Positions 1-11,686 of a stretch of 64,000 nt of DNA are shown here, piece by piece. Made by a program: the position numbers and the translations under genes. Positions within the stretch are counted from its first letter, which is position 1. Each line of letters starts with the position of its first letter. Source of the stretch: Chrysemys picta bellii. Lineage: Eukaryota. The stretch is taken from positions 83,514,001 to 83,578,000 of the forward strand of contig NC_088797.1 in assembly GCF_011386835.1 (NCBI RefSeq), given 5' to 3'. The notes beneath the pieces were generated by a model, which saw only the letters and a list, made by a program, of their open reading frames with translations, was not told the origin of the DNA and ran no database searches.

Positions 1-269
1 GATTCCTTATCTCCGTTTTTTCCTGTTGTTCAGGACATTGCCACACCATCATCACCACATTATTCCAGCAGAGGTCAAAAAACAGTGGTTTGCATGAACT
101 GGTAAATTGTTTAGTGAGTTGCTATTCCAGGGCAGCATAATCCCTTGCAATGAATGAGTCTGCTGTAGTCCACCTACAACATTTAGTTAGGTTATATAGT
201 TTTTTATGTTAGCCATGTAAATTATAATGTATATATGTTTGGAAAGTATTTAAAAGGAGGATGGAGGAA

Positions 270-1100
270 TGTGTTGTCCTGTCACTTTAAATGTTTGGTT
301 GCTCTGTACTGCCCTCTCCCAGTGAAAATCCTCACTTTGGTTTTGTTTCAGTTTTGCTGCCAGAACAATAAAGTCTCCACAGCAGAGAGCTGTGCTTAAG
401 TCAGTTCTCTCTGTGTCCATCTCGTTCTCTGCTGGGACCAAATATAAGAGGCAGCTAAAAGCAATGCCCTGAACAGCCCGGTGCTGGTACAAGTTTGTCA
501 GGACTCAGAGTGGCTGATATGACAAAGTGCTGTGTTTTTCTAGCAGTGAGGTTGCAAGTGAGAGTCAATGCCAGAGACAGAAGTTGCATTTTCTATCTTT
601 CTGTTCTTTTCTCTCCCCTTGTGTGTGTCTGTCTTGTTGAGTCTTTGTAGGCAATGGGATTGGACTTTACCATTAACAATAGCAACAATATCTCCAGCCC
701 ATTTCAACTAACTTCTTTCCCCCCCGGCCACACACACACAAAGACTGTGTTACCATCTTTTATAACATCTACAAGACCATCAGACAAGGGGGTATTCCTT
801 CTCAAAACTTTCTCCAGCTAAAGAGAAGGGGAACAAAGGATGTTGTTAAAATGAAAACCTTATTTAATACTTTACATTTCAAATGGTTTACAGTTTTTCT
901 GTATCTTTATTAAAAAGATGTAAAAGATTTTAATGGTATGCTTGCCATAATACTAAGCAATCTGAGATCTCTGTATGCCGGAACCTTCTTGGAAAGTAAA
1001 TGGGTTACGTTGATATCTTTGGGCCCCTAAAGTCCATCTAAATTAATACAACAGTGCCCAGAGTTCAAACCAAGGCAGTTTGTCAAGCTTGTAATTGCAA
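270..1100. repeat. Probable LTR/ERV-like interspersed repeat remnant
   Basis: A purine tract (aaaaggaggatggaggaa) is followed by TGTG at 270. The sequence is non-coding and resembles turtle LTR repeats from memory; termini were not confirmed. Confidence 0.3.
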
Positions 1101-1105
1101 CATGC

Positions 1106-2180
1106 TGTTGGGGTACCCAGAGCTGTGAACCACCATGTTACCTCTCTGCCTCAGTAAAAGTGAAAGTTGCTGGCAATTAGATGGTGTGTCAGCTTACTGC
1201 CAGACCAGTCATTCTTTCTCACCAGCAAACTTCTCAAGGCTCTCCTGGCACAGACCTCACCTGGCATGTCACAATCAGTGAACTCCAGTCCCTGGGTTCC
1301 CCAGAGATGTTTCTCTACAATGCACAGCCTCTACCACTGTGCATTCACAGAAAATATTAACTTTATTGCTCTTTTATATAATCAGCTCCTCACAGTTTGT
1401 TAATTTAACAGAGGTAAATACACCCTTCACTTCAAATACAGCATTGAGTTGATTATAGTAAAAATAAAACAAGTTTACTAACGAAAGACCATGGATTAAG
1501 TGATAACAAGAAAAAGAGATAAAGGTTGAAAGGATTACAAGAAAATAAAAGTGAAAACATCTAAAACTGTAAAACTTAAATCTAGCAAGATACAGTCTTG
1601 TTCAAGATTATTTCTTTTACCCACAATCTCCTTTTCCAGCTTTTTATTAGTCAGCCTGGCCAGGACCTATCACAGAGATCAAATCACTTGGTTCCTTTGT
1701 CTCCTAAGGTGAAGGATAAAATGGAGTTTCTTTCTCTGTTCCATATGTCCCCAATGGGATTGCTTTGTCTTGCAAGTCAGGAAAGTCTCCTGGGAATTCA
1801 GTCTCTAGTGTTTCTCTGGGGTGCATGAGAACCTTTAATTATTTCTCTCTCTCAAGTTCAGGAACAAGATAACTTCCACTCATTTAGCTTGATAGCTTTG
1901 TTTACTGTTAATATGTACATTGAGGTAAATCCACATTCCTTTTTCTAGGACAGACCTGTTTATCACCTTTACCTAGGCTAGGCTTTCTGGTCTTAAACAT
2001 ATTCTAGCAACAACATACAAAGGGAATTAATAACTTCACCTATAAAATTAACATATGAATTTTACAACTATATTAATAACCCATGAGTTATTAGCTTTCA
2101 TGTGATACCTCACAAGGCATTTGTGTACAAATACTGAAGCAGTGGGTAACATGTGCATACAGAGTTTGGCTTGGGTCACA
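1106..2180 (-). mobile_element. Probable solo LTR, reverse orientation
   Basis: TG...CA termini (tgttgggg at 1106, gggtcaca at 2180), about 1.1 kb, no coding capacity. No TSD found. Confidence 0.4.
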
Positions 2181-2338
2181 GCCATATTAGTACTTCCTGG
2201 ATACCCACATTGGTTCCAGCAGAATTTAACGTTTTTTTAAATGTTGCTAGTCCTTATAGTTATGAAGATTGTGACACAGAGGCCCATTTGTGGGTCAATA
2301 CTCTGCATCAGCAGCTCTTGTCAGGCCTGACACACTGT

Positions 2339-3644
2339 TGTCATAATCCGTACCTAAAATATATCTCATAGGGTATAATTGGAAAACTAATAACTTATTG
2401 CTCATTAATATTCTTGGAAGTGTATGGACAGAGTGTGCACAGAGAGTTCTGAATATGTGCTAAAATTATCTTCTTAAAATGTGTTTGGAAAGCAATGCAT
2501 AAACCCAGTCTGCAAAGGAATGTGTGTTTGCTTGTCATCAGGCAGAGACAATGAAGGTACATTTATACAAGCTAAACAAACCCATCAATCTAGAGAGCGA
2601 GGGAGATACCATTTGAGGTACAGACCCCCACAAGAGGCTAATTAATTGAATCAACTGGTTGTAGGACAATATTACTCTATTATAAAAGTCTATCAAATAA
2701 GGTCTTCTCTGAAAGCTAATGACAAAGTGATGAATATAATTGTGAAATGTATGTGTTAATACTATATGAGGAAATATATTTACTTAATGATATTATGCTG
2801 TGACCAAACACAGGGAGAAACAGGATTTCTCCCAGACAGGAGGGAAGGCATCTATTTACCTGTCTCCAATGAAATTAAGCAAGCTGTACAAAAAACAATG
2901 AAAGTCCAATTTACATATGAATCAGCAAAGGGATGGGAAGTCCACAGGAAGAGAAGAACAGGATGAGGTCAGCCTGAGAACAAAAACAGTATTTTGGGGA
3001 ATATATAAGGAGAGATAAGCAGCTTTTTCTGGCATCCATCACTTGAAGGACTAAAGAGGCCACAGCTCTTGAGATTGCAGAAAGATGGGCCCTTCTGCCA
3101 ATCGGACTCAAGTCTCTGGAAATTGATTATAGGTCAGAAACCATAACAGTTTCTATCCTTTATTCCTTCTGCTTAGTATCAGTTAACCTATTACTTTTAT
3201 TTAATAAAATTATTTTACTTTTTACTATAATCCAGTCCTTGATTAAAATAGGGTTTGTTAGCTCCAGAAAAGTGGTAAGCTATTGATGTACTATTGCTTT
3301 AAAGGGACTAGTGAATCTAATATCTTTTCCAAGTGTACCAGGATAGGGCTAGACATGTCAGGGTAGGTGGGTTTAGGGAAATTCAGGACTAGGAACAGTC
3401 TTGGGATCACTCCTGCATAAGGTAACTAGGTGACAGAGACTAGAATGAGGATGATGTGCTGTAGGCAGGTTGCTATTGTCTGAGTGCTGAACCACAGCTA
3501 TAGAGCATTCAGACGCTCAAGGGACTGCATGTTTGTCTGCTGGCTGTTAGTGTCCAGGCTGTGAGCCACAGCAGCAGAGCATTTAAGGCATCCAGGGTTA
3601 CAGGCAGGTAGTAACTCTGGTCTGGATCACCCCAGAACATGACA
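2339..3644 (+). mobile_element. Probable LTR, possibly two related LTR 5' parts joined near 2660
   Basis: Starts TGTCAT and ends CATGACA. Contains a TATA-like atatataagg near 3001 and AATAAA near 3203. No TSD found. Confidence 0.45.
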
Positions 3645-4142
3645 AACATACTGTTCCAAATGAGAACTGATGCAGCGCTGAGTCCTCAGATAGGGAGAAT
3701 GAAACAACAGCACTAAAGGCAAGTGCTGGCACCCCCAATATTTCCCACTCTGCAAAGCAGACAAACCAGCCACACTTTCCACATGTAACAATTTGGTGGG
3801 GTTAGCAGGAGTGGCTACATAGCTGTTCCATGCCCAGATACTGGGCTGGCAGTGGGGAGAGGAAAATTCCCTGCGTCCCTTCTCTCTCCATTCTTCTTAG
3901 ATATTCCATTCAAAGTCCTATTTACCCAGCTTTGCACAGAGAGTTCGGAATTTGGTATTAAGAGGCACGAATTTGGTGTTAAGATGTACTAAGTCCCATT
4001 TTTATCAATGTGATTCTGAACCCTAATGATGAGAGGTACATTATTAAATTGTCAAGTATCAGAGGGGTAGCCGTGTTAGTCTGAAACTGTAAAAAGCAAC
4101 AGAGGGTCCTGTGGCACCTTTAAGACTAACAGAAGTATTGGA

Positions 4143-4182
4143 GCATAAGCTTTTGTGGGTGAATGCCCACTTCATCAGACGC
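4143..4182 (-). ncRNA. Decayed hammerhead motif in the inverted PLE arm
   Basis: Same motif as 6343-6382, but GAAA has become AAAA (CpG-type transition at conserved G12). Confidence 0.6.
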
Positions 4183-4243
4183 AAGTAACGGAAATTTCCA
4201 GAGGCAGGTATAAATCAGCATGGAGATAACGAGGTTAGTTCAA

Positions 4244-4828
4244 TCAGGGAGGTGCTCTGCTAGCAGTTGAAGTGTGAACACCAAGGGAGGAGAAACTGCT
4301 TCTGTAGTTGGATAGCCATTCACAGTCTTTGTTTAATCCTGATCTGATGGTGTCAAATTTGCAAATGAACTGGAGCTCAGCAGTTTCTCTTTGGAGTCTG
4401 GTCCTGAAGTTTTTTTGCTGTAAGATGGCTACCTTTACATCTGCTATTGTGTGGCCAGGGAGGTTGAAGTGTTCTCCGACAGGTTTTTGTATATTGCCAT
4501 TCCTGATATCTGACTTGTGTCCATTTATCCTCTTGCGTAGTGACTGTCCACTTTGGCCAATGTACATAGCAGAGGGGCATTGCTGGCACATGATGGCATA
4601 TATAACATTGGTGGACGTGCAGGTGAATGAGCTGACGATGTTGTAGCTGATCTGGGTAGGTCCTGTGATGGTGTTGCTGGTGGAGATATGTGGGCGGAGT
4701 TGGCATCGAGGTTTGTTGCATGGGTTGGTTCCTGAGTTAGAGTTGTGGACCTCCTGTGTAGATTGGTCCAGGCTGAGGTTGATGGTGGGGTGGAAGCTGT
4801 TGAAATCATGGTGGAATTCTACATCCAT
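4244..4828 (-). CDS. Uninterrupted 194-aa internally deleted PLE ORF (short RT remnants fused to GIY-YIG endonuclease); expression unknown
   Basis: Part of track ORF 4244..4912 from the Met at 4828 (context GCCACCATGG) to the stop. Contains VIYAIMCQQCPSAMYIGQSG...HFNLPGH...ETAELQFI...GLN without stops. Confidence 0.45.
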   Translation of the reverse strand: MDVEFHHDFNSFHPTINLSLDQSTQEVHNSNSGTNPCNKPRCQLRPHISTSNTITGPTQISYNIVSSFTCTSTNVIYAIMCQQCPSAMYIGQSGQSLRKRINGHKSDIRNGNIQKPVGEHFNLPGHTIADVKVAILQQKNFRTRLQRETAELQFICKFDTIRSGLNKDCEWLSNYRSSFSSLGVHTSTASRAPP

Positions 4829-4838
4829 GGTGGCTAGG

Positions 4839-6281
4839 ATGCATTGGTGATCTCCCAGAAAACACCATCTTAGCCACCATGGATGTAGAGGCTCTCTACA
4901 CAGGCATCCCACACACAGATGGAATACAAGCTGTCAGGAACAGTATCCCTGATGACGACACAGCTCAACTTGTTGCTGAGCTCTGTGACTTTATCCTCAT
5001 GCACAATTATTTCAAATTTGGTGACAATATATACCTCCAGACCAGTGGCACCGCCATGGGCACCCGCATGGCCCCACAATATGCCAACATTTTTATGGCT
5101 GAACTGGAACAACGCTTCCTCAGCTCTCGTCCACTCACGCCCCTTCCCTACCTACGCTACATTGATGACATCTTCATCATCTGGACCCATGGGAAGGAGA
5201 CCCTGGAAGAATTCCACCATGATTTCAACAGCTTCCACCCCACCATCAACCTCAGCCTGGACCAATCTACACTTCCCAGACACCACAGTACAAATAAGCG
5301 ATGGCCACATTAACACCACCCTATACCGAAAACCCACCAACCGCTATGCCTCCTTCATGCCTCCAGCTTCTACCCCGGACACACCACACGATCCATCCTC
5401 TACAGCCAAGCGCTGAGGTACAACCGCATCTGCTCCAAACCCTCAGACAGAGACCAACACCTACAAGATCTTCACCAAGCATTCTCAAAACTACAATACC
5501 CACACAAGGAAATAAAGAAACAAATCAACAGAGCCAGACTTGTACCCAGAAACCTCCTGCTACAAGACAGGCCCAAAAAAGAAACCAACAGAACTCCACT
5601 GGCCATCACCTACAGTCCTCAGCTTAAACCTCTCCAACGCATCATCAGTGATCCACAACCCATCCTTGACAATGATCCCTCATTTTCACAGACCTTGGGA
5701 GGCAGGCCAGTCCTCGCCCACAGACAACCCGCCAACCTTAAGCATATTCTCACCAGCAACCACGCACCGCATCATAACAACTCTAACTCAGGAACCAACC
5801 CATGCAACAAACCTCGATGCCAACTCCGCCCACACATCTCCACCAGCAACACCATCACAGGACCTACCCAGATCAGCTACAACATCATCAGCTCATTCAC
5901 CTGCACGTCCACCAATGTTATATATGCCATCATGTGCCAGCAATGCCCCTCTGCTATGTACATTGGTCAAACTGGACAGTCACTACGCAAGAGGATAAAT
6001 GGACACAAGTCAGATATCAGGAATGGCAATATACAAAAACCTGTAGGAGAACACTTCAACCTCCCTGGCCACACAATAGCAGATGTAAAGGTAGCCATCT
6101 TACAGCAAAAAAAAACTTCAGGACCAGACTCCAAAGAGAAACTGCTGAGCTCCAGTTCATTTGCAAATTTGACACCATCAGATCAGGATTAAACAAAGAC
6201 TGTGAATGGCTATCCAACTACAGAAACAGTTTCTCCTCCCTTGGTGTTCACACCTCAACTGCTGGCAGAGCACCTCCCTGA
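4839..6281 (+). pseudogene. 5'-truncated, frameshifted PLE reverse transcriptase plus GIY-YIG endonuclease ORF
   Basis: RT motifs LATMDVEALY, GTAMGTRMAPQYANIFMA and YLRYIDDIFIIW; thumb motif TTLYRKPT; endonuclease motifs NVIYAIMCQQCPSAMYIGQTG, HFNLPGH and GLN. The ORF is split over several frames (4879, 4919, 5695, 5802). Confidence 0.92.
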
Positions 6282-6342
6282 TTGAACTAACCTCGTTATC
6301 TCCATACTGATTTATACCTGCCTCTGGAAATTTCCATTACTT

Positions 6343-6382
6343 GCGTCTGATGAAGTGGGCATTCACCCACGAAAGCTTATGC
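6343..6382 (+). ncRNA. Minimal type-I hammerhead ribozyme motif in the PLE 3' region
   Basis: GCGT-CTGATGA-A-GTGGG-CATTCA-CCCAC-GAAA-GC-TT-ATGC: core CUGANGA/GAAA, 5-bp stem II, stem I GCGU/AUGC, palindromic AGCU stem III. Predicted cleavage after 6378. Confidence 0.75.
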
Positions 6383-7007
6383 TCCAATACTTTTGTTAAT
6401 CTTAAAGGTGCCTCAGGACCCTCTGTTGATTGAACAGCAGTGGAATAGTTCATGTTGTTTATTAGAAACATCCAAGTATTATGGTATTGTGGGTGGAGCT
6501 TTATTCCCACTATTTCTTCCCGCCGTCTGCCTGCCTTCTGACTTCTAAGGATTCGAAAGCGGCATAAGAAGCGCTAGAGGAAGAAAACCTGCCCTTCACT
6601 GAACAATCTGGTGAGCACATGAGATTGATGGGTACTCTCAAATTTGTTCTAAATTAATGAGTGCTGAGGCAGTTATGAAGGATTTCAATGCCCAGTCTAA
6701 ACCTTTGACCTGGAGGTGAAGATAGTCAGTTGGGAAGATAGTCAACATCAGGATCACTTCATTTTCCATATGAGAAGTAAAAGTCTAGGGTGATTGAGGA
6801 TTAAAGGGCTGTGATTCTAAGTATAAAGGATTATGATGGAATCTAGAAATTCATAGGAATCTAGGAATTATGGGCCAAATTCAATGGAACATCTTTGTCA
6901 GAGAGATGCTACCTATTTGCCTCTAGACAAAGGTATCAATTTCTGGGCAGCAGTCTTCACGCTGACCAGAATATTTTAACAGATTAAAAAATGCACCATG
7001 CTTCTTA

Positions 7008-7299
7008 GGGCTGGTCTACACTACTGCTTAAGTCACTGTAACTTACATCACTCAGGAGTGTGGAAAAGACATCTCCCTGAGCAATGTAAGTTACAGCGAT
7101 CTAAGCGCTGTCCACACCAGCGCTATGTCGGCAGGAGACGATCTCCCACTGACATAGCTTCTACCCAGAGAGGTGGAGTAATTATGACGAGGGGAGAGCG
7201 CTCCCCTATCAGCATAGCACGTCTAAACCTGATGTGCTACAGTGGCACAACTGGATCAGTGCAGCTACATTGATGTAGCACTCTAGTGTAGACTTGCCC
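7008..7299. mobile_element. PIF/Harbinger-type MITE
   Basis: TIRs GGGCTGGTCTACACTA / TAGTGTAGACTTGCCC; TTA on both flanks (7005-7007 and 7300-7302). Confidence 0.88.
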
Positions 7300-9329
7300 T
7301 TACAATCCTGCCTTCCCCAATATCATAATGAATTAATTTCCCTTACTCAAGAACTAACTTCCATCAGACATTAGTGTCATCTAGTGCTCATTTACCAAGA
7401 CCCTCAGTCTAATGGGCACAAATACATGCTGGCTTATAGACAGTGGGTCTCATTACCTCAAAAGAGGGGCTTCAAAAAATAATGTAGGAGGATGCACAAA
7501 GCAACAATGGAGCAGAGGTCTCTAAGGACCTATTGACTCTCTGCAGAAGAAGGAAGCTGTCAATTCTATTCTAAAGTGTTTCTAGTGGGTACCCAAATCC
7601 ACTCATAGATTCTATGCTTCTGGCTGGGGCTAGGACTTGGCGGTGGGCAGAAACCGGCAGTCCTCCTTCCCTGATATGAGTCCCTTTTCTTGGCCTGTCA
7701 CTTTCCCTGAAGTCCTAAAAGGCCTTCAGTACCTTGGGTCAGCAGCAGGAAATGGGGCTTCAAGATGAGCCAAGAGCTCTGTTTGTGTCCTTTGTTCTCC
7801 TCCCTGTCTCTTTCCCAAACTTCAGTGTTGCCTCTCAACATCCCTTTTCTCCCCCTCCCCTTTGGAAAAAGTCATTGGCTTTGGATTGGTTGAAAAAGGT
7901 CTCTTAGTGACCTTTTCTCACCTCCATTAGCTATATTCTAAAGAGCTCTCATTAATCTACACTAGAGCAGTTTAGAGTCAAACACAGTGCTGCCATTTTG
8001 TGGGACATTTTTGTACTTGGATGCATGATCACAAGAGGTATTGTATTTACACGCCCCTTTGGCTCTGCAGGGGACGAGTTGGGCTCACTAACAAATGGTA
8101 AAATGCAAGTAAATTCCTGAGCTTTGTAAGTAGAATTGTCTCAGACCAGCCAGAGTACGTTCCTCCCTGGGTGCAAAGACTTCTCCCATTGCCCAAACCC
8201 TTCCTTTTAAGGGACTATTTCCTTAACAAAGGCCATCTGTCAGCCCCTTCCACGGGACTAACAACTTGGGTTTGGCAGGTACTTTCCCTCCTTTCCAAGG
8301 AATCTTATTAACTCTTTCCTCTCCTGGCTGATGGCAGGGTACATACACCATAATCACAAGTCCACTACTCAGAAACATATAACTTCTGTACGAGGACACT
8401 AAATGAATGAGTGGCTCATTGCTTCTTGTATACAATATGAAAAGCCTGCTTGACACAAACCCCATTCAAAAACAACACATCAATTATGTCCACAGGTGAA
8501 CCAGTGTCTGTTTTAACTGTATATGCAAAAGCAGTTCCTCTAAATGGCATAAATAGTGTAATTCTTTCCATTTGTTTGGAATATTTTCACATCTCTGAGA
8601 AACAACTGTTGTTATGTTTGTTTTATTTCAGGCAAATAGAAGCACATGAAATAAAAATGCAATCACAGTAAAATCCCCTAATTATATGCATTATTCCTGA
8701 ATAAGCAAATGTCAAGGGCATAATTTGACCATAATATAAATGATGATTGACTACCAGGGCTGACTACAGAACATAGCTTCAGGTAAAGCATCTGCCTCTA
8801 ACTATTAACAGGAAAGGAGATGGAGAGGGTTTTGCTTGTAACTAATAAGTAAGAATAACAACACTTATTGGCAGACTATAAGATCTAATAGTTTAATAAT
8901 TGGTACGCCGTTTTATCACTAATGCTATAATTATATTTGTTTTCATAAGTTCATGCAACAACATGGTTTCATAAAACACCGATGAACAATTTACTCGAGT
9001 AGGCATAATATACTCTATAGCACATCCTTTGAGGGTGAGACACGGGAATCAGGGCTAAAATACCTGATCAGCACAGATATTTGGTGACTGTACCAACACA
9101 TTACCGAGAGGCAACTCCAATTACTTAGCATCAGAAAGAAGCTGGATTGAATGTTTAAAATATGAGGAAATAACTTAAGAACAGCAGCTGAGGTTTGGAC
9201 TAAGTAATGTGCTGTGGACCAGATTCAGTTTTAATGTCACAGAATGAAGGGGTGGGGGAAATATATACAAATATGTGAGACAGAGGTTGGAGAATTACTC
9301 TTGCTTTCAATATCAATGGTCATGTCTCT

Positions 9330-9960
9330 GGAAAAAGATTTAGGCATCAGGTTGGACAAGCTCAATGGAAACATCCTCTGAATGCACATAGGTGGTTTAA
9401 GAAAGAGATTAAGAATAACACAAAGTATTATACCACCATTATATAAACCATTGGTATTCCGTCACCTGGAATACTATGTTCTAGTTCTGGTCAACACATC
9501 TCATAAAAGGATATGGCGAAATTTAAAAAGGTCAGATGAAGAGCAATGAAAATGGTCAGGGACCTGGAAAGAACGCCATTGAAGAGAGATTAATAAAAAG
9601 TAGGACTATATAGTTTAGAGAGGAGGAGAAAATATATGTGTTATATACAATAATGAGTGATACAGAGAAGTCCAGGTGGGTGCTCCTATTTACGCTCTCA
9701 TTCCGTACAAGAAAAAGGGAAAAAAATAAGCCTGAGTTCTATTCCTCCAGTTCCAATGACTATTCAAGTATTTTATACAAAGTCAAACACTTTCAACAGA
9801 AGAAACTGCACTTCCTTCTATAAATAGCACTAAAAATATGAATGGAGTCCACTGGGATAGTGTTAAAATAAGGGAAAATACATTGTTTGCCAGAGTTTGC
9901 AAAAAGAATCTGTTACTCATATATTGAAGGATCTTCCCTGAAACCCACTGTACAGACTTG
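9330..9960 (+). mobile_element. Old CR1-type LINE 3' fragment
   Basis: Degenerate match to the CR1 ORF2 C-terminus (ccattatataaaccattggtattccgtcacctggaatactatg ~ PLYKxLVxxHLEY); many disruptions. Confidence 0.6.
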
Positions 9961-10969
9961 TCCACTGATGCATATATAGATCATGTACACACATAATTCA
10001 CATTCTGAATTAAAAAGCAAAGGCCAACTCAATCCATACATTATATTTATCTGCAGTCAAACTGATATAGGCACATTAGCATAGTATGTTATTGCTGGTA
10101 CAATTGTTTTTATTTCATTAGTATTTTTTGGACTCACTGATGTCCCAGCAGAGCATTCTGTTCCATGTTTTATATATTTATAAATATAGAATTACATATA
10201 GGATACAGAGACAAAGATGACATGGCCTCCAGTACAAGGGTTGTGTATCACTAGCGGAATATTCAGAACAATGTCATAAAATGATGAATATGAAAGAGAG
10301 AATGATTTTTGAAATGGTGCTAATTATTTATATACCTTACGATTTATACGGAATAAATCTGAATACCAGACCCCTGAACATGAATCTGAATGTCAGATGT
10401 ATGCATAACACTATCGAGAACCTAATTCTTTATGAGAACATCCCTCCCAGTAATCTGTGTCTGCCTGGGTGATAATTCTGCCCTTGAGACATGGATCAAG
10501 CCTTGCTGGCAGTACATATATTCTTCCTTTTTAAAACATCTCACTGGTTACAGAGGGCTAATGCCAACTTAGTGTGACTAGAGTAATGTCACACTTTAGT
10601 TTAAAATTCACTTTGCATTTTCCCAGCCAAAGTGGTAAGAGGTCTAAGATAAGCGGCATCATCAGAAATGTACCTGAATTATCAGCAGTGATTTTCAAAT
10701 TATAAATGGCTGGAGCATGGCAAATAAAAAGATTAGCTAGCTAAATTGCCAATAAGGTAATGGCTGGAAGTGATAACTCATTCTGCCATATTATTTTTGA
10801 GCATCAATATACTGTAAATAGGCATTTTTATCAGATTCAGAACACTTCTCAAGAATATAGCATTGCACATCAAATTCCAAGGAAATGAAAGAGTCTGCTT
10901 GAAATAATGCTTTGCTTAAATAATGTTTAGAAGTTGGATCAAGCTTTTTTCGTCTGTACAGAATAAGTA

Positions 10970-11156
10970 CACCTCTCCCGATATAACGCTGTCCTCGGGA
11001 GTCAAAAAATCTTACCGCGTTATAGGTGAAATCGCGTTATATCGAACTTGCTTTGATCTGCCAGAGTGTGCAGCCCCACCCACCCCAGAGTGCTGCTTTA
11101 CCGCGTTATCTCTGAATTCATGTTATATCGGGTCGTGTTATATCGGGATACAGGTG
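10970..11156. mobile_element. Tc1/mariner (Tigger/pogo-like) MITE
   Basis: Imperfect TIRs CACCTCTCCCGATATAAC / GTTATATCGGGATACAGGTG; TA on both flanks; internal GTTATATCG repeats. Confidence 0.8.
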
Positions 11157-11686
11157 TACAGTGTTCCAAGATCCTACTGATCAATATTAATGCCCAATTG
11201 TCTAACAGATGCAGGGATAGGGCACACTCCAAACTGGTGTTGCAATTGCACCTTCTGTTTGATAGCAACATTGTCATTTTCAAGATCTTTTGTACACAAT
11301 GCTACATTGTTCTTGACAACATTTGGTTTGGAACTTAGTATGGCAGAATGGACAAGACTGGAAGATTGCCCACTACACTGTGTGAGCCATGTAATATGTT
11401 TAATCACTGTACGAATATTATAATGTAATGTTATGGAAGCTGCTTTCAGATGTCATTATTCCTTCTATGTCTCTTATGAAGTTTTAGAGTAACATTTCCA
11501 ATAAGAAAGCATGAAAACACAGCAAGGGTAATCATTTGCAGCCATGAATGAGATACATTTTTATGGAAATCATCTTTAGGCCCAGTTTTGAAAACTGGAA
11601 GTGGACATGCCTGCAAAACAAAACACATGCACATATTTTTGTATGCACATATGTATATGTAAATATCATATACACTTGTATGCCTA

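Larger units (their letters stand above)
4055..6429. mobile_element. Penelope-like retroelement, inverted (tail-out) two-arm structure
   Basis: The left arm (4055-4841) is the reverse complement of parts of the right arm (4839-6429). Both arms encode GIY-YIG motifs and the right arm encodes PLE RT motifs. Confidence 0.95.

Noticed and set aside
4040-6445. TSD around the large PLE
   Set aside because: No convincing direct repeat in the flanks; the right tail is about 40 bp shorter than the left.
8223-8671. Adjacent 73-80 aa ORFs on both strands with AG/GT signals
   Set aside because: No recognisable domain, and the signals conflict between strands; consistent with chance.
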